NCBI GenBank assembly: GCA_000002445.1
Contig: CM000207.1
Span: forward strand, 2,816,001 to 2,880,000
From: Trypanosoma brucei
Lineage: Eukaryota
DNA length: 64,000 nt
Direction: 5' to 3'
How positions within the stretch are numbered: the stretch's first letter is position 1; the number at the start of each line of letters is the position of its first letter. A program made the translations under genes and the position numbers. Below are positions 1 to 11,720 of the stretch, one piece after another. Below the pieces are notes generated by a model, which was given only the letters and a program-made list of their open reading frames with translations, was not told the DNA's origin and searched no databases.

Positions 1-882
1 ACAGCCAACAAAAAAGACACTAGCGGTCAAAGAGAAGTTTGAAGCTGTAAAACAAGGCAGCGCAGGAATAACAAGCGGCGGAACACACTGCATTATCTTA
101 CATAGCGGAGCCGGTAGCGGCTTCGGAGCGACGCAGGGTGAAATAACGATGATGGCTGGCATACCGGCTCAAGCAATCAGGCGCCGTCGGAACAGCAGAC
201 AGCTGGCAAGGCGGGTATATCAACCTATAAACTGCCGGAAAACCTTTTGGGGACATCGAAACGAAGCTAAGCGGCTTCAAAAGTCAAATAACATACCATG
301 AAGCACTTAACACTTTCATACTGAAAATAATGCTAGACAAAGACGCTGAGACTGAACCATTAGAGATACCAATAGGCTGTCTAGGAGACGCACGACCTAA
401 AAATGCACTAACAATACCAGCAGCAGCGGTAACTTCTATCAAAAAACTCCTGTTTCAGTACCAGGAAAAGCACGAAACTACCCCTTTAGAGAAACAAAGA
501 CTTAATTTCTTTACCAAGCAGCTTGAAATAAACGGAACAGCTTGTGAAATTGGGAGCAAAGCATCTGCAGCGAAGTTTCCAATCCAACAAAGTGACACAA
601 GCAAAATAAACTGCGCGGACTTTGCACAGGAGAACTGCGAAGGCGACTGCGAATGGGACAAAAAGGATGGAAAGTGCCAACTAACAGAAAAGGGTTAAAA
701 AGAGGGAAAAAAAACAAAAAACAGAAGGAACGGTGTCCACTTTCCAAGATAAGAAAAAGGATGACTGTAAATCTCCGGGTCGTAAGTTGGAGGGCGAAAC
801 TTGCAAAGATTCCAGTTTTGTTGTCCATAAGAAATTGGCTCTCAGTATGGTTTCTGCTTTTGTGAGTTTGGTGGTATTTTAG
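1..882 (+). pseudogene. VSG: VSG pseudogene, 3' portion (5' end outside window). The N-domain-like sequence is spread over at least three reading frames. It ends with …CEGDCEWDKKDGKCQ… and the GPI tail KDSSFVVHKKLALSMVSAFVSLVVF* in another frame.
   Basis: ORF track pieces 330..698 and 653..865 are in different frames. Frame-2 translation of 2..299 is VSG N-domain-like and ends in a stop. A canonical C-terminal Cys-rich block and hydrophobic GPI signal are present. A 16-mer 3'UTR motif follows. Confidence 0.8.
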
Positions 883-945
883 AATGCTAAGGATCTTCTC
901 TTACATTTTGTGAAATCCACTAAAATTTCCAAAATACGAGATATT

Positions 946-961
946 TGATATATTATAACAC
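946..961 (+). promoter_or_regulatory. VSG 3'UTR conserved 16-mer (TGATATATTATAACAC)
   Basis: Near-exact match to the conserved VSG 3'UTR 16-mer TGATATATTTTAACAC, about 65 nt after the VSG stop. Confidence 0.7.
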
Positions 962-1149
962 TTTTTGATGAAAATATGCAAATGAGTGAAAATTTTTAAA
1001 AAATTTAAAAAATATAAGGTTATTTAAAAAATGTGTATGATAGCGGCATGTGTGTCAGAAGTAAAAGGATAATAGAGTAAGAAAAGGGGTGATCTTCTTA
1101 TTTGGTATGTTTCATTCAATGTTATTTATTTCAGGTATATTTTATAGGG

Positions 1150-1245
1150 TTGTAATAATGATGACAACAATGATTACGATTATTATGATTATGATAAGAG
1201 AGTGTGTTGTGAGTGTGTATATACCAATTTTGTAATGAGATATAT
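1150..1245 (+). repeat. 70-bp VSG-upstream repeat (1 copy, sense orientation)
   Basis: Sequence …aataatgatgacaacaatgattacgattattatgattatgataagagagtgtgttgtgagtgtgtatataccaatttt… carries a TRR-rich tract, the GAGAGTGTTGTGAGTGTGT core and an ATA…AAT tail. Confidence 0.8.
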
Positions 1246-2843
1246 GATAACCGGGCGCAAACCTAAAAAAAAAAGAAACACTTGAAATAATGGAAAAGCT
1301 ATAATGAAGTAAGGTATAGCTCGAGTCATATGATGAAAAGAAATACATAAATATGAGAAGAGAGGAAGATGGAAGAAACACAATTTCAATTGCAAAAATT
1401 ATTGTACCATAATCATAAACAAGCATGTGATAGAGGGAACAATGTGGGAGACCAAAAGAGCATTGGACAGGTATGATGGAGTCGACAAAACTAGAACGAA
1501 GAAGCAGTTAAAGTGGAAGACATTTAACGTTACCTCTTTCGATATTCTCTTTAAAAATATATGAAGAATACATTTTTAATATTCAAATTAATGGAATGTA
1601 TATAAGACTGTAACGGCCGAAAGGCAGCACAAGTTCATTGCGGCAGCTCTAAGTTCTTCTTCTTTCAGATAAAATAACGGCATTAAGACAGGTGAGCGAG
1701 CGCAATCAGCTGATAAATCAAACTAACCTCAAATAAGCCCCACCCGCCAACACCAACATACCTAAGGAAAAACACTAATACAACACCTACTGCACCACCA
1801 GATAGTAGAGGAATTGTGAATCTTAGTGGACGCTACACGCAGCTAACCTTCCAAAGTTATTATATCGAGAAAATTGTTTTATTGTTTTTTATAAGAAAAC
1901 AGGTGCATGTGTAATAAGTGAGTTTAAATATAATATTTAGTAAGTGTGAGGTGAGACGGTTTACTGGAATGCAATTTAATCCATTTTAAAGAGAGAAATA
2001 AGCAACGGTGAAGCATTTCCAATTATTTTATCGGCACTTTACAGCTTGTTGTATCGTTAACCTTAAAATAATACACCAAATATAAGACAGTAGTACAAAT
2101 AAATAAATAATACATATAGAACAGGCGCGGGCGTTTAATTTATAAATGGAGAAAGTCTCTGGGAAGAGTATCAGTCCTACATTAATGCTCACAGTATGCC
2201 CGCGCAGGGTACAGGATGACACGCATCGATTATGAAAATTAATTGAATGAACAATTAGGAGCCTGGATCCTGAAAGAATTTAGTATTTGGAGCCGTAATA
2301 CACTAGAAAGATCAGGAGGAAGACATACTTTTTTTTTAAAAAAAGGTAATTTCTACTACCGAGCTGATGGTGACTGTGGTGTGCGACATAAAAGCGTGGT
2401 TGAATGTTAAGTAGTAAGTTTAAGAGCGGATGCCGGTTCATTGAGTGAATATGCTGCTTTTACTATAGCTCTATTCGCTGTGGAACACCGTATAATCTTC
2501 CGGCAAACGCGGCACTTTTTTAAATTACAAAAATGATCATAGAGTCTAAACATTTACAAAAACTAGGGATTACTGATAAGAAAAGCCCATTATAGTAATG
2601 AAAATACAATATAATAGGGTAAAAGTAGATACACGGCCCCTAATGTAATTCACCGTCAAACGTTTATATGTAAATAGATATTCTTACAGCTACAAGTCTT
2701 TTATTTTAAATAAAAAAATTATGCACAAACATCTGCCATAGGCTTTCGGATTACAATCCGATATCTCCGTTTTCCTACATCGTTTTAACCAATGTTCACA
2801 GCCCGTTGAAGACTCCATAAGTTAAAAGTAGTGGTCCTGCAAA

Positions 2844-4388
2844 ATGCAACGAATTCTCCTAGCAGCGATGTGTCTGGTTTTCTGGCACAGCAACAACGCG
2901 GAGGGCAACGGACCAGCGATAAAACAAGCGGAATATTTAAAGGTCTGCAAACTAGCACAAAGCTTGAGAAAAATGCCTGGAGCAGCAAAATTCAAATTAG
3001 GACAGCGGCAGAGAGCAGCTAAAGAGATGTCGAAGGCGATTTTAAAACTAAGAGTCGCAGAAGCAGCAACACTCGAGCGCAATGCATCGATCACATATGG
3101 AGCAATGGCAAATGCTATTAGCAACGCGATGCAAGCCCACCTTGACAATGACGATCAGAGCTCTGCAGCAGCCATAGACGCAGCGACGGCAGCGGCGGCT
3201 GCAGCCGGACGCATAGCTGAGATGGCGGAACTTCTAACAAAAGCAGCAAAAGGCGGGAGTAACACGGGCCACTGCATTGCCGCAACTAGCGGCAGCACAA
3301 ACATAGCAAACGATGCAGGCTATACAGACGGCTGCTATATGAATGAATATACAAGCGCAGCAGCAGACTACAACTTTGAAGACGGCGCGCTTACTGCGAC
3401 GGGCTTTAATGACCTAAATGATGCGGACGCTAAGGACAGCACGGCCACGGCTAGATGCATACTAACACAGCGAGGCGCCGTACCAGCAGCAACAGACGTC
3501 TTCCAAAGCGATGGCCCACACGCAGTGGCGGCCGCAACAATAGTAATAAACGCCAACAACGGTAACCCAAGCATCAAACTGGCCAATGCTCAGGACAACA
3601 TAGCGAAGGCGTGGCAGGTAACAGGCGACGGCGACAGCGGTCTAAAGAAACTCTACAAAGAAGCAGTCAAACTGCGACAGATAACGGCTCCACCTAACAC
3701 GGGAACGGCCGACGACATAATAAAAGCAACCGTTGACCCGGCCGAAATAAAAAAATATATAGCAGCGGCGCTGCGAGCAACAAACTCAAAACTAAACAAC
3801 GATAAAGCAGAAACAGAAGCTGAAGCACTTGCAAATAATGTGTTTACAATGGACAGTGCTAAAACGGACAAAGTATTCAATACAATACAAAAAATAAACA
3901 CAGTCAAGGTAGAAGCAGAACAAATCAAGCCTTTACGACTTGAAGCGCTAACAGACGAAGTAGATCTGCTCAACGCACTCAGTTACCACACCGCTACCAA
4001 CAGAAACAAGATGTCAGCAAAAGCACCCGCTTGCCCTGAACAGGATAAAACTGAAGAAGTGTCAGCAGATAAAAAGATCAAAGAATGCAGTGGCAAAAAA
4101 GGAGATGAATGCAAAGGAGAATGCGAACTGGTAGAGGGAATTTGTAAACCGGCAAACAAAGAAGAGGAAGAAAACAAAGAAAAAGATGGGAAAGCAGCTT
4201 CAACTTGTGCAGGAAAAAAACAAGGGGAATGCGAGAAAGAAAATGGTTGCAAATGGGATGGAAAAGAATGCAAAGATTCCTCTATACTAGTAAACAAGAA
4301 ATTCGCCCTCAGCATGGTTTATGCTGCATTTGTGGCCTTTCTGTTTTACAACTTTAAAACTTACAGGAGTTTTTGTTTAGTTTTGTGA
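2844..4388 (+). CDS. VSG: Variant surface glycoprotein, apparently intact (514 aa). Signal peptide MQRILLAAMCLVFWHSNNAEG, C-terminal domain with CKWDGKECKDSSILVNKKFALSMVYAAFVAFLF, then a 13-aa extension (YNFKTYRSFCLVL).
   Basis: Single uninterrupted ORF with an N-terminal signal peptide and an Ala-rich N-domain. Cys spacing CSGKKGDECKGECE…CAGKKQGECEKENGCKWDGKEC matches the KDSS-type GPI signal. The 70-bp repeat lies 1.6 kb upstream and the 16-mer lies downstream. Confidence 0.85.
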   Translation: MQRILLAAMCLVFWHSNNAEGNGPAIKQAEYLKVCKLAQSLRKMPGAAKFKLGQRQRAAKEMSKAILKLRVAEAATLERNASITYGAMANAISNAMQAHLDNDDQSSAAAIDAATAAAAAAGRIAEMAELLTKAAKGGSNTGHCIAATSGSTNIANDAGYTDGCYMNEYTSAAADYNFEDGALTATGFNDLNDADAKDSTATARCILTQRGAVPAATDVFQSDGPHAVAAATIVINANNGNPSIKLANAQDNIAKAWQVTGDGDSGLKKLYKEAVKLRQITAPPNTGTADDIIKATVDPAEIKKYIAAALRATNSKLNNDKAETEAEALANNVFTMDSAKTDKVFNTIQKINTVKVEAEQIKPLRLEALTDEVDLLNALSYHTATNRNKMSAKAPACPEQDKTEEVSADKKIKECSGKKGDECKGECELVEGICKPANKEEEENKEKDGKAASTCAGKKQGECEKENGCKWDGKECKDSSILVNKKFALSMVYAAFVAFLFYNFKTYRSFCLVL

Positions 4389-4410
4389 AACTTATGTTAC
4401 TTTTTAAAAT

Positions 4411-4427
4411 TTAACATATTTTAACAC
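4411..4427 (+). promoter_or_regulatory. VSG 3'UTR 16-mer-like element (TTAACATATTTTAACAC)
   Basis: Match to the 16-mer consensus about 25 nt after the stop of the 2844..4388 VSG. Confidence 0.6.
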
Positions 4428-4584
4428 TTTTTGTCAAAATTTTGCAAATTATTGTGTCTTTTAGAAAATATGAAAAAATTTTATAAACGTTTCCAATAGA
4501 CATAAAGTAGTATGGTGATAGGGTATAAAATGGGTGCTATTATAATTTGTTTATTCAGTTATTTTTTAAATGTGTATTTGCTAT

Positions 4585-4650
4585 TGTTATAATAATAATA
4601 ATGGAAGAGTGTTGTGAGTGTGTACATACGAATATTATAATTAGACAGTA
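4585..4650 (+). repeat. 70-bp VSG-upstream repeat (1 copy)
   Basis: Sequence ataataataataatggaagagtgttgtgagtgtgtacatacgaatattataattag. Confidence 0.85.
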
Positions 4651-6029
4651 GGAAAAGAACGAGTGAAAGCAAAAAAATGAAAGTACGTTAAACAATTGCA
4701 AGGGGAGTTGAGAGTTTGTGACTGAAAGGAAATGGGACGGATAGTTAGTGGTGGTGGAAGAGCACGAGCATTATTACTCAGGTAAATGCAGAATGTAATG
4801 AAGAGATAAGGATCTGGTGTCATTGCACTTTCATCGAAAGAAATGGCGATGAAAATTATTATCATAGACAAGGATATGACTATGATTTATATGATGGAGT
4901 TGCAGAGTCTAGTGTAAAGGGTAGGTGCAGACACTATGGCACCCACTGAGGCAGTGGTAACAACGAAAGGAAAAGAAAAAAATATGGAGAGCGATAACAG
5001 AATACAAAACAGCACAGTACTGAAGAAAATTATACATCAAGAGTTCTAGATGGTATCCAGTCTTTTTTTCAAAAATGTATCGATGCTAAGGCGGAGATGA
5101 TGTTGGAGACCATTATTTTTAATCTGATGGTGTATCGTAAAATGCGGTTAAGAAGAGGAAAAAGAAAAAATCATGAGTAGGAGAAAACTATTAAACGGCT
5201 TAGGTAAGTGTGAAGCAATGTTATAGTCTTATACCATGATATATAGTAATAATGTCCAACATTTGTGGAAAATATATAACATTTTTGGAAGGCAACTTTT
5301 GACACTATGAAAACTAACAGTTTTCTGGTACAAAAAAATGATAAAAACGTAAAAGTTTCTGAACAAAGCGAATGTATAACACTGTAGTGGAACTTTATGA
5401 AACCGAAAGAATTATCAGAAACACTTTCCCTCCTCCGTTCTGGTTGAAGGAAGAGCCACTAACACGATTTGAACACAAAGTAATTTATTTAAAAGTCGTC
5501 GGCGACACGCAGATAAAGGAACGTATTTACAGAGAATGACCAGAAAGGAAGATAGTTCGCGGCATAAATTATTCAGTCTTAGCTGAGACAAAATAACACA
5601 AAATGAATGAAATACACAAAACTTTACTTATTTTCTGTAAAAGAAGAGACAGTACTTGGGTATTTCTCAAGTCGTATCTATAAAAGTCTAGTTAGCAGTA
5701 ATTAAAGAAGTTTATAAATCATACGATTTGAATTTTCAGGCATATTTCGAAGCGCAGTATTATAAATGATAGAAGGGGTGAATTTAGAAGTTAATGTATG
5801 CAATTAGAGAGAAATGTAGTAAACTCTAACTTGAAATTTTGAGTGGAAAATCTGTAGCCTAACTGCGTACTTTTTTTTCAAACTTCGTAAGCACAGAAAA
5901 GTAAACTGCAGCACATTACACAAATCGAAAAATTAAACGGGTAGCGAACCTGTTTGCGACAGAAAAAAAGCAGACTGACAGATAATACGATCGTAATTAT
6001 AGAAGAAAAGATTTAATGTAAACATAACA

Positions 6030-6036
6030 CACATAT

Positions 6037-6076
<40 letters not shown>

Positions 6077-6085
6077 CAAGGATAC
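6030..6085. repeat. (CA)n/(TA)n compound microsatellite
   Basis: Sequence acacacatatacacacacacacacatatatatatatatatatatatat. Confidence 0.9.
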
Positions 6086-6629
6086 CATTCTTAGAAGCTT
6101 TAAGTGTCTAATAAATCTAAAAACAAGCTTCTCACGACCAAAAAAAAACAATACTAAATAATAGCCGGTCAGCAAAAACAAGTATCAACACAAAAAACGA
6201 AGCACACCACACGCATGGTTCTAAAGAAATACCTTCGTTAAGTGCGGAAGCGGAAAAGGTTGCTCGTTTGCAGCACAATACACAGACAGCGTTGCTATGC
6301 TGCATATACAGAAGCCACCAGCATCTGCGCAGATTCCCTCACTTCTATTTTATTGATCCTTCATGAAAAACTATGTTTCCAACAACAGAAATAAAGAACG
6401 ACTATAAAAAACTGGGTATAACAACAAGCGTCCGCACCAAATGCGCAAAATATACTTTTGACTGCCCAATGAAGGCGTGCCGAAGCTTCCGATGATAGCG
6501 ACCACCAATAGCTTAGTGTTTTGTGATAGCATTAAAACAATGAAAAATTCAATAACAGGCATATCATTTACTTACAAACACTAGAGACGCTTTCTTTAAG
6601 TTTACCTCAGCAGGCAAGTAACTGAAGAC

Positions 6630-8163
6630 ATGGTTAATTTCATACTGGCGCTAGCTTTGTCGTTACGCCGTAGTATGTTTCGCTGCGAGGCCGCACGAGC
6701 GGACGGCATCAACGTGGCGGATTTTGCAACACTGTGTGTTCTTGAACGGCAGTCATCCGGCAAAATCAGCGAAGCATATCCAAAAATAGCGGTTCCAAGC
6801 ACAGTAATCAACGAAATATGAGAAATTGTAGCGGCAACGACAAATGCGAAAAATATCACCATCGTACCTGCAGACGACATTGCGTACGAGGCGGCCGCCG
6901 CTCAAAAAACATGCAGCCAACAAAAAGACAAACATAATGAGTGCAAAGGACACTGGGAAAAATGACAAGCCATAAAAAAGCGGCGAAACAAGGTCAAGAT
7001 TTAAAATTCAAGTCACTATCAGAAAGCCAACGTAGGAACCAAGCAGCATCAGTGTTCAGCGCGACACTACAAGACATCGAAGCGGATGCAACAGAAACCT
7101 ACAACCAACTCAATCAGCAATCCGATAACGTCGCGAAGCCGACAAATCCCTAGCGACGCAAAAGCTAACTAAAGCCAAGTTTGGCGGTAGCAAAACCAAG
7201 GAAGAAGGCGGACCAAATACTGGCCACGGCAAGGACAGTGACAAAGCTGGCAGCTGCAAACATTCACACGCAGGCATGAGTTTGGTACACGACTTCTTTT
7301 GTTTGTGTGTAACAGATTCGACAAGCCAAGCTGCCAAGCCGTGTGGCTTCACAGTTGCTAGCTGAAACGGTGGCAGCTGGCAAGACTGCACCGAAAACAA
7401 CAAGCATTCAGCCTGGAAAACAGTGAAAACCAAATGCAAGGAAATATATAAGGGCAAAACCACAGCACAGCACATAAGGGCAGGGCTCGCGGCGTTCGCA
7501 AGACTACTACAAATGGATGCGACGGCCGATATAGAATCCGCAGCTGCAGTCTACCTTAGAGCCAGCGGCAGCAAAAAATGCACAGCACATGCGACAAAGC
7601 ATTGCGTAGACTACAGCGCCGCCTTCAGAGACACGACCCGGACAGCCGGCATATACTGGTACAAACAACTCGAGGTAGCTGCAGACGACCTAGACACACT
7701 CGCAAGAGAACAAGCAGACATCAAAAACAAAATAAGAAGTCTAGACAGTCTTAACATTCAAGTCCGTCAGATGTACAAGATTATCGCGAACGCACCAGCA
7801 GCAACTGCAGTAGCGCCCTCAACAAGCACCAATTCACAAAACGCCAACACAGAAGAGAAACAAAAAACGTGCGAAATATTAGAAAAAAAGTGATTACAAA
7901 AACAATAGGGAGTGAAAATGGGACAGTGTTGATAAATACGAAGGAGACCACTGTAAATTAAATGAAACAAAAGTAGAACAAGCAAACAAAGCAACAACAG
8001 GAACCGAGCGAACCCAAACTGGTAAAAGGTGCTCCGAAAAGTAGGGAAGTGTATACTTCGAGATTGCAAATGGGAAGGCGAAACTTGTAAGGATTCCAGT
8101 TTACTCGTCAATAAGAAATTGAATTTCATTGCTTCTGCCTCTATAAGTTTGGGAACATTTTAA
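6630..8163 (+). pseudogene. VSG: VSG pseudogene (B-type-like). Signal peptide MVNFILALALSL…, HCVDYS motif and C-terminal KCKWEGETCKDSSLLVNKKLNFIASASISLGTF*. Several frameshifts.
   Basis: ORFs 6630..6821, 6941..7153 and 7423..7893 fall in two frames, with stop-containing VSG-like translation between them. The C-terminal GPI tail is in a further frame. Confidence 0.8.
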
Positions 8164-8424
8164 CATTCTAAAGTTTTTAAGGATTTTATCACCATTTGTT
8201 GAAGTTTTAGAAAATTCATTTTTCTAAGAATTTGCTATAATTTGACGTGTTCTAACCATTTTTTGATAAAAATGTAAAATTAGTAAAAATTAAAAAAATA
8301 CTAGTAAAATGTACATTATGTAGGTCCATAAATTAAAGTAGTATAGTGATAAATATAAAAACTGACCAGTATTCCTATTTAGTTTGTTTTGTGCGTACTA
8401 TGAATATTAGGCGCAACTTAAAGT

Positions 8425-8595
8425 TATCATAATAACAATAACAATAATAATAATAATGATAATAATAATAGAAGAGTGTTGTGAGTGTGTGTATATACGA
8501 ATATTATAATAAGAACAGTAATAATAATAATAATAGTAATAATGATGGGAGAGTGTTGTGAGTGTGTGCATACGAAAATAATATGAAGATTGGTG
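8425..8595 (+). repeat. 70-bp repeats, 2 tandem copies
   Basis: Two units: …ataataatagaagagtgttgtgagtgtgtgtatatacgaatattataataagaac… and …aatgatgggagagtgttgtgagtgtgtgcatacgaaaataatatgaag…. Confidence 0.9.
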
Positions 8596-9854
8596 GTACG
8601 AAACGACCAGTAACCCAGACCAAAGGAAAACGTAGACAGTAACAAGGGTCCAATGGTATTTAGAGGCGTGGTGGCTGTGAAAGGTATCCTAGCAGCGCTA
8701 TGACTTGGCAGTGTGGCAAACTGAGAGTTTTACAATGGCGATATCAAATGGTAGAGAGAATGAGTATAGGGGTTGCTGAGTGGTAAATTTTCTCAAGCTG
8801 TGCAGTCACCTTTGAAAGCAGCTTCAGCCGCCAACATGCATCCAGAAAGAGAGGAAAAAACAGCAAAAGAGTGCTATTGTATCACAAGGTAGTGTAGGGA
8901 CTGCGACGCATAGTATACCCTACACATAGACGGGTTAAAAAAGTTATGAGACTGAACGAATGTTTCTGCGGTTTCTATAATACTGCACGCAAAGGTGTGG
9001 AAAGACAATTTAAATGTAAATTTTAGTACGCGGTGGCCAAAGAGACTTAAAAGAGTATATTACAGTCTACGTTCGTGCGTAGGACCTTGCAAAACTGAGT
9101 ATTTCTCTTATTAATTTTAACCTTCTTACAGCTTTCTGTTTTGTAAAATATAGAAAGAGACAAAAATAGTAAAGAGGAAAAAAAGAAACAAAAGCATTTA
9201 TATATCACATCCTGCGAAAATAAATAACAAAGAAGTGCAAGGGATTGCCAGCAGACGTTAGCGTAACGGTTAGCTAGGTACTAAGAGCGTGAAGAAAGAT
9301 CCACGTCAACTATCGCCCATTTCAGCGGTTAGAGCGGAGCCAAAAACAAGGAACTTTTGATAAAAATACAGGACAAGCAACAGCCAAGAGGTGGATACAG
9401 CAGGCAGAAATAAGAAAGTACAGGCAAAAGTGTGCTTATCGTAGCAACCCACAAAAATTGACGAGACTATTATAACGATATTTGTTTATGAAACTATGAT
9501 GTAACAAAGAAGCGGTAAGAAACGATTTAGAAGGCAATGGCTGACAAGAAATGTAGCACAAAAACTCTAAAACTACTTTAACTAGCACAGCTTGTATAAT
9601 AAAGAAGCCAAGACGACATATTTTAGGAACAAACAAGTCGGGAAAGAAAATCAAGGGGGGTGTTCGGTAATTTTTCGCGCTCTGATGCCTTACAATTTTA
9701 TAAATGGCACTTCTTTTTCCCATCCCGTTCACATCCTTAAACTCAACCTAACAAAGCAAACCGGCCTGTCACATAGGCACAAAAATTGGAAACTTAACGG
9801 AACAGGGACGGCAATTCGTAGCCAAAAGTACCAAGCGGCATATCAGCCAAGCCG

Positions 9855-11390
9855 TTGGCAGCAGAAACAATGCTACAGCCGCAACAGCAACACTGGAGGT
9901 CCACACTAATAGTGCATGCGCTCATTCTTTTAATTGCAATCTGTGGTAGCGCGAAGAGCGCTTCTGACCCCAGCAAGGTCTCAACCTTTTGCACAGAAAC
10001 ATGGTACGTCAATAAGCTGATAAAGAATCTGAGGACTACAATGGAAGACTCACATCAGCTCGTGCCGTCGAAAAGGCCAGTCAAAATGTCAAACTGTTTC
10101 AGCTTGCGGCGAACAGACACGCCGATGACAAAAAGGGAAATGGGTACGCGGCGCTAGCGGTGATAGCGGAAGTTGACAATCAAAAAGTAGCGCAACAAGC
10201 GGTACTTTTTGAACAGGCACATTTCGATGCGCTTCATAAGCTAGCGCACAGAGCAGGGGCGGCTGCGCTAAGCATTGCAATTTCAACCACGACAAAAGCA
10301 CAAATAACCGGCAAGGGCACAGTCGAAGAAATCGGGGGGAAGACAATACTAGCAGAAACGGAACCCAAGCACTGCAAAGTCACACAGGAGATAACTCTAG
10401 CAACAAAGCTAAACTGCTAAGAACAAAAAACGAACCAGGTGGACGCAACAAAAGAGGCGGACAAAACCGCCACATGGGACAAAATATTATTGCGGCAACG
10501 ATCCGAGTTAACGAAGATAGCGGTCGACACCCGGATATTAGTGAAAGGCGCAGGAGCGGACATAGGGGGAAACCCAGGGGCACTAAGCAACGAGCCAGGC
10601 TGCAGCGATAACTCGGGACATACAACAATAGCTGCGGCCATAAACGCCGTAGTAGCAAGCGTCAAGAGCTTTGCGGCCACATTCAAAGCAACGCCAATAA
10701 ACTTACCAGCAACAGGAGAAGGAAGGGAGGCACCACAGGCGCCCAATGATGGAGGCGACGAAATCGAGCTACTAGTTCCAGACGAAGAGTTAGAAAAAGC
10801 CTTGAAAACAGCGTTTAAGCAACCCATACCCGTTGCAACCGACATTTCAACCCTAAAAACTACACAAGTGCTCAGCAACCCCGCTGTACAAGCGTTTGCT
10901 AAAGCATTAGCCGCCAAAAATAAGGGTAAAGCAACTGCTTCTTTATCCGACGAAGATGACGCAGCAGTTGTGTTTGGAGGCAAAAAGGTTGACATTCAAA
11001 CGACGCACATCAAGCATCTGGAATATGACGAGATTACCATCAGTAGTGAACCTGAAATTAAAGGCACCACTAAGAAATTAAGCGAAAACAACTTTGCCGA
11101 TGCAATGGGTTATTTCAATAGCCAAAACATGAAAAAACATACAGCCAATACAGCAGAAACAAAGCCTGAAGTAGGGGGAGAAAAAGCAAATACAGCAGAC
11201 AAAGCCGAAGAAAAGAAAGACGAGGATAATAAAGGAACCGCAGCTGATTGTAAAGCCACTGAGGAGGGTAAATGTGTCAAAGAGAAATGCACTTGTAATA
11301 AAGAAAAGAAAGGTGCAAAGACAAGGAGGGAGATGCTATTATTTCCGCTGTGATTAAGGTCTCTCTTTTGCTGGCAGTTTTGCTTATAGG
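9855..11390 (+). pseudogene. VSG: VSG pseudogene. Signal peptide …LIVHALILLIAICGSAKS, B-type N-domain (TWDKILL, HFDALHKLAH). The C-terminus is degenerate, with the tail frameshifted.
   Basis: ORFs 9855..10157, 10160..10420 and 10439..11353 are separated by a frameshift and an in-frame stop. The Cys/Lys-rich C-terminal region is followed by an out-of-frame hydrophobic tail and a 16-mer. Confidence 0.8.
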
Positions 11391-11466
11391 ATGAGAAGTT
11401 TAAGGATTTTAGACCAATTTTTTTAGATTTGTGAAACTCATAATTTTTTTCTATTTTGAGAGAATT

Positions 11467-11482
11467 TGATATATTTAACACT
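11467..11482 (+). promoter_or_regulatory. VSG 3'UTR 16-mer (TGATATATTTAACAC)
   Basis: Consensus match about 100 nt after the degenerate VSG C-terminus. Confidence 0.65.
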
Positions 11483-11659
11483 TTTTGTCAACCATTTGCG
11501 AAATGAAAATTTTTTGAGGATTTAGTAAAATGTGCATGACAGTGTCCTATGGGAGTAAGTTAATAGCACGATAGGGTATGGCAAGTAAGTTTCATTGTGA
11601 AACTTCATTAATTGATTTTTTTTGTCTATTTTATGGATACTAATAGTTAGGGTTGTGAT

Positions 11660-11720
11660 GGCCATATTAAGAATGACAGGAGAGTGTTGTGGGTGTGTAT
11701 ATACGAATATTATAATGACA
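11660..11720 (+). repeat. 70-bp repeat (1 copy) with no cognate downstream VSG
   Basis: Sequence gaatgacaggagagtgttgtgggtgtgtatatacgaatattataatgacag. The next 1.1 kb has no VSG-like coding sequence and then runs into the ingi. Confidence 0.8.

Noticed and set aside
8427-8645. ORFs made of Ile/Leu runs, for example 8427..8645 (…IIITIIIIITVLIII…LLLLLLLLLLL), 1142..1426 and 27385..27618
   Set aside because: These are translations through the TAA/TAT-rich 70-bp repeats and are not genes.
10417-10995. Long ORFs antisense to VSG genes, for example the 192-aa ORF opposite the 10439..11353 VSG, or 38364..38705 and 38898..39206 opposite the 37799..39157 VSG
   Set aside because: VSG N-domains are GC- and Ala-codon-rich with few stop codons on the opposite strand. 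These ORFs translate to low-complexity Ala/Ser/Leu strings with no domain features, so they are treated as antisense artefacts.
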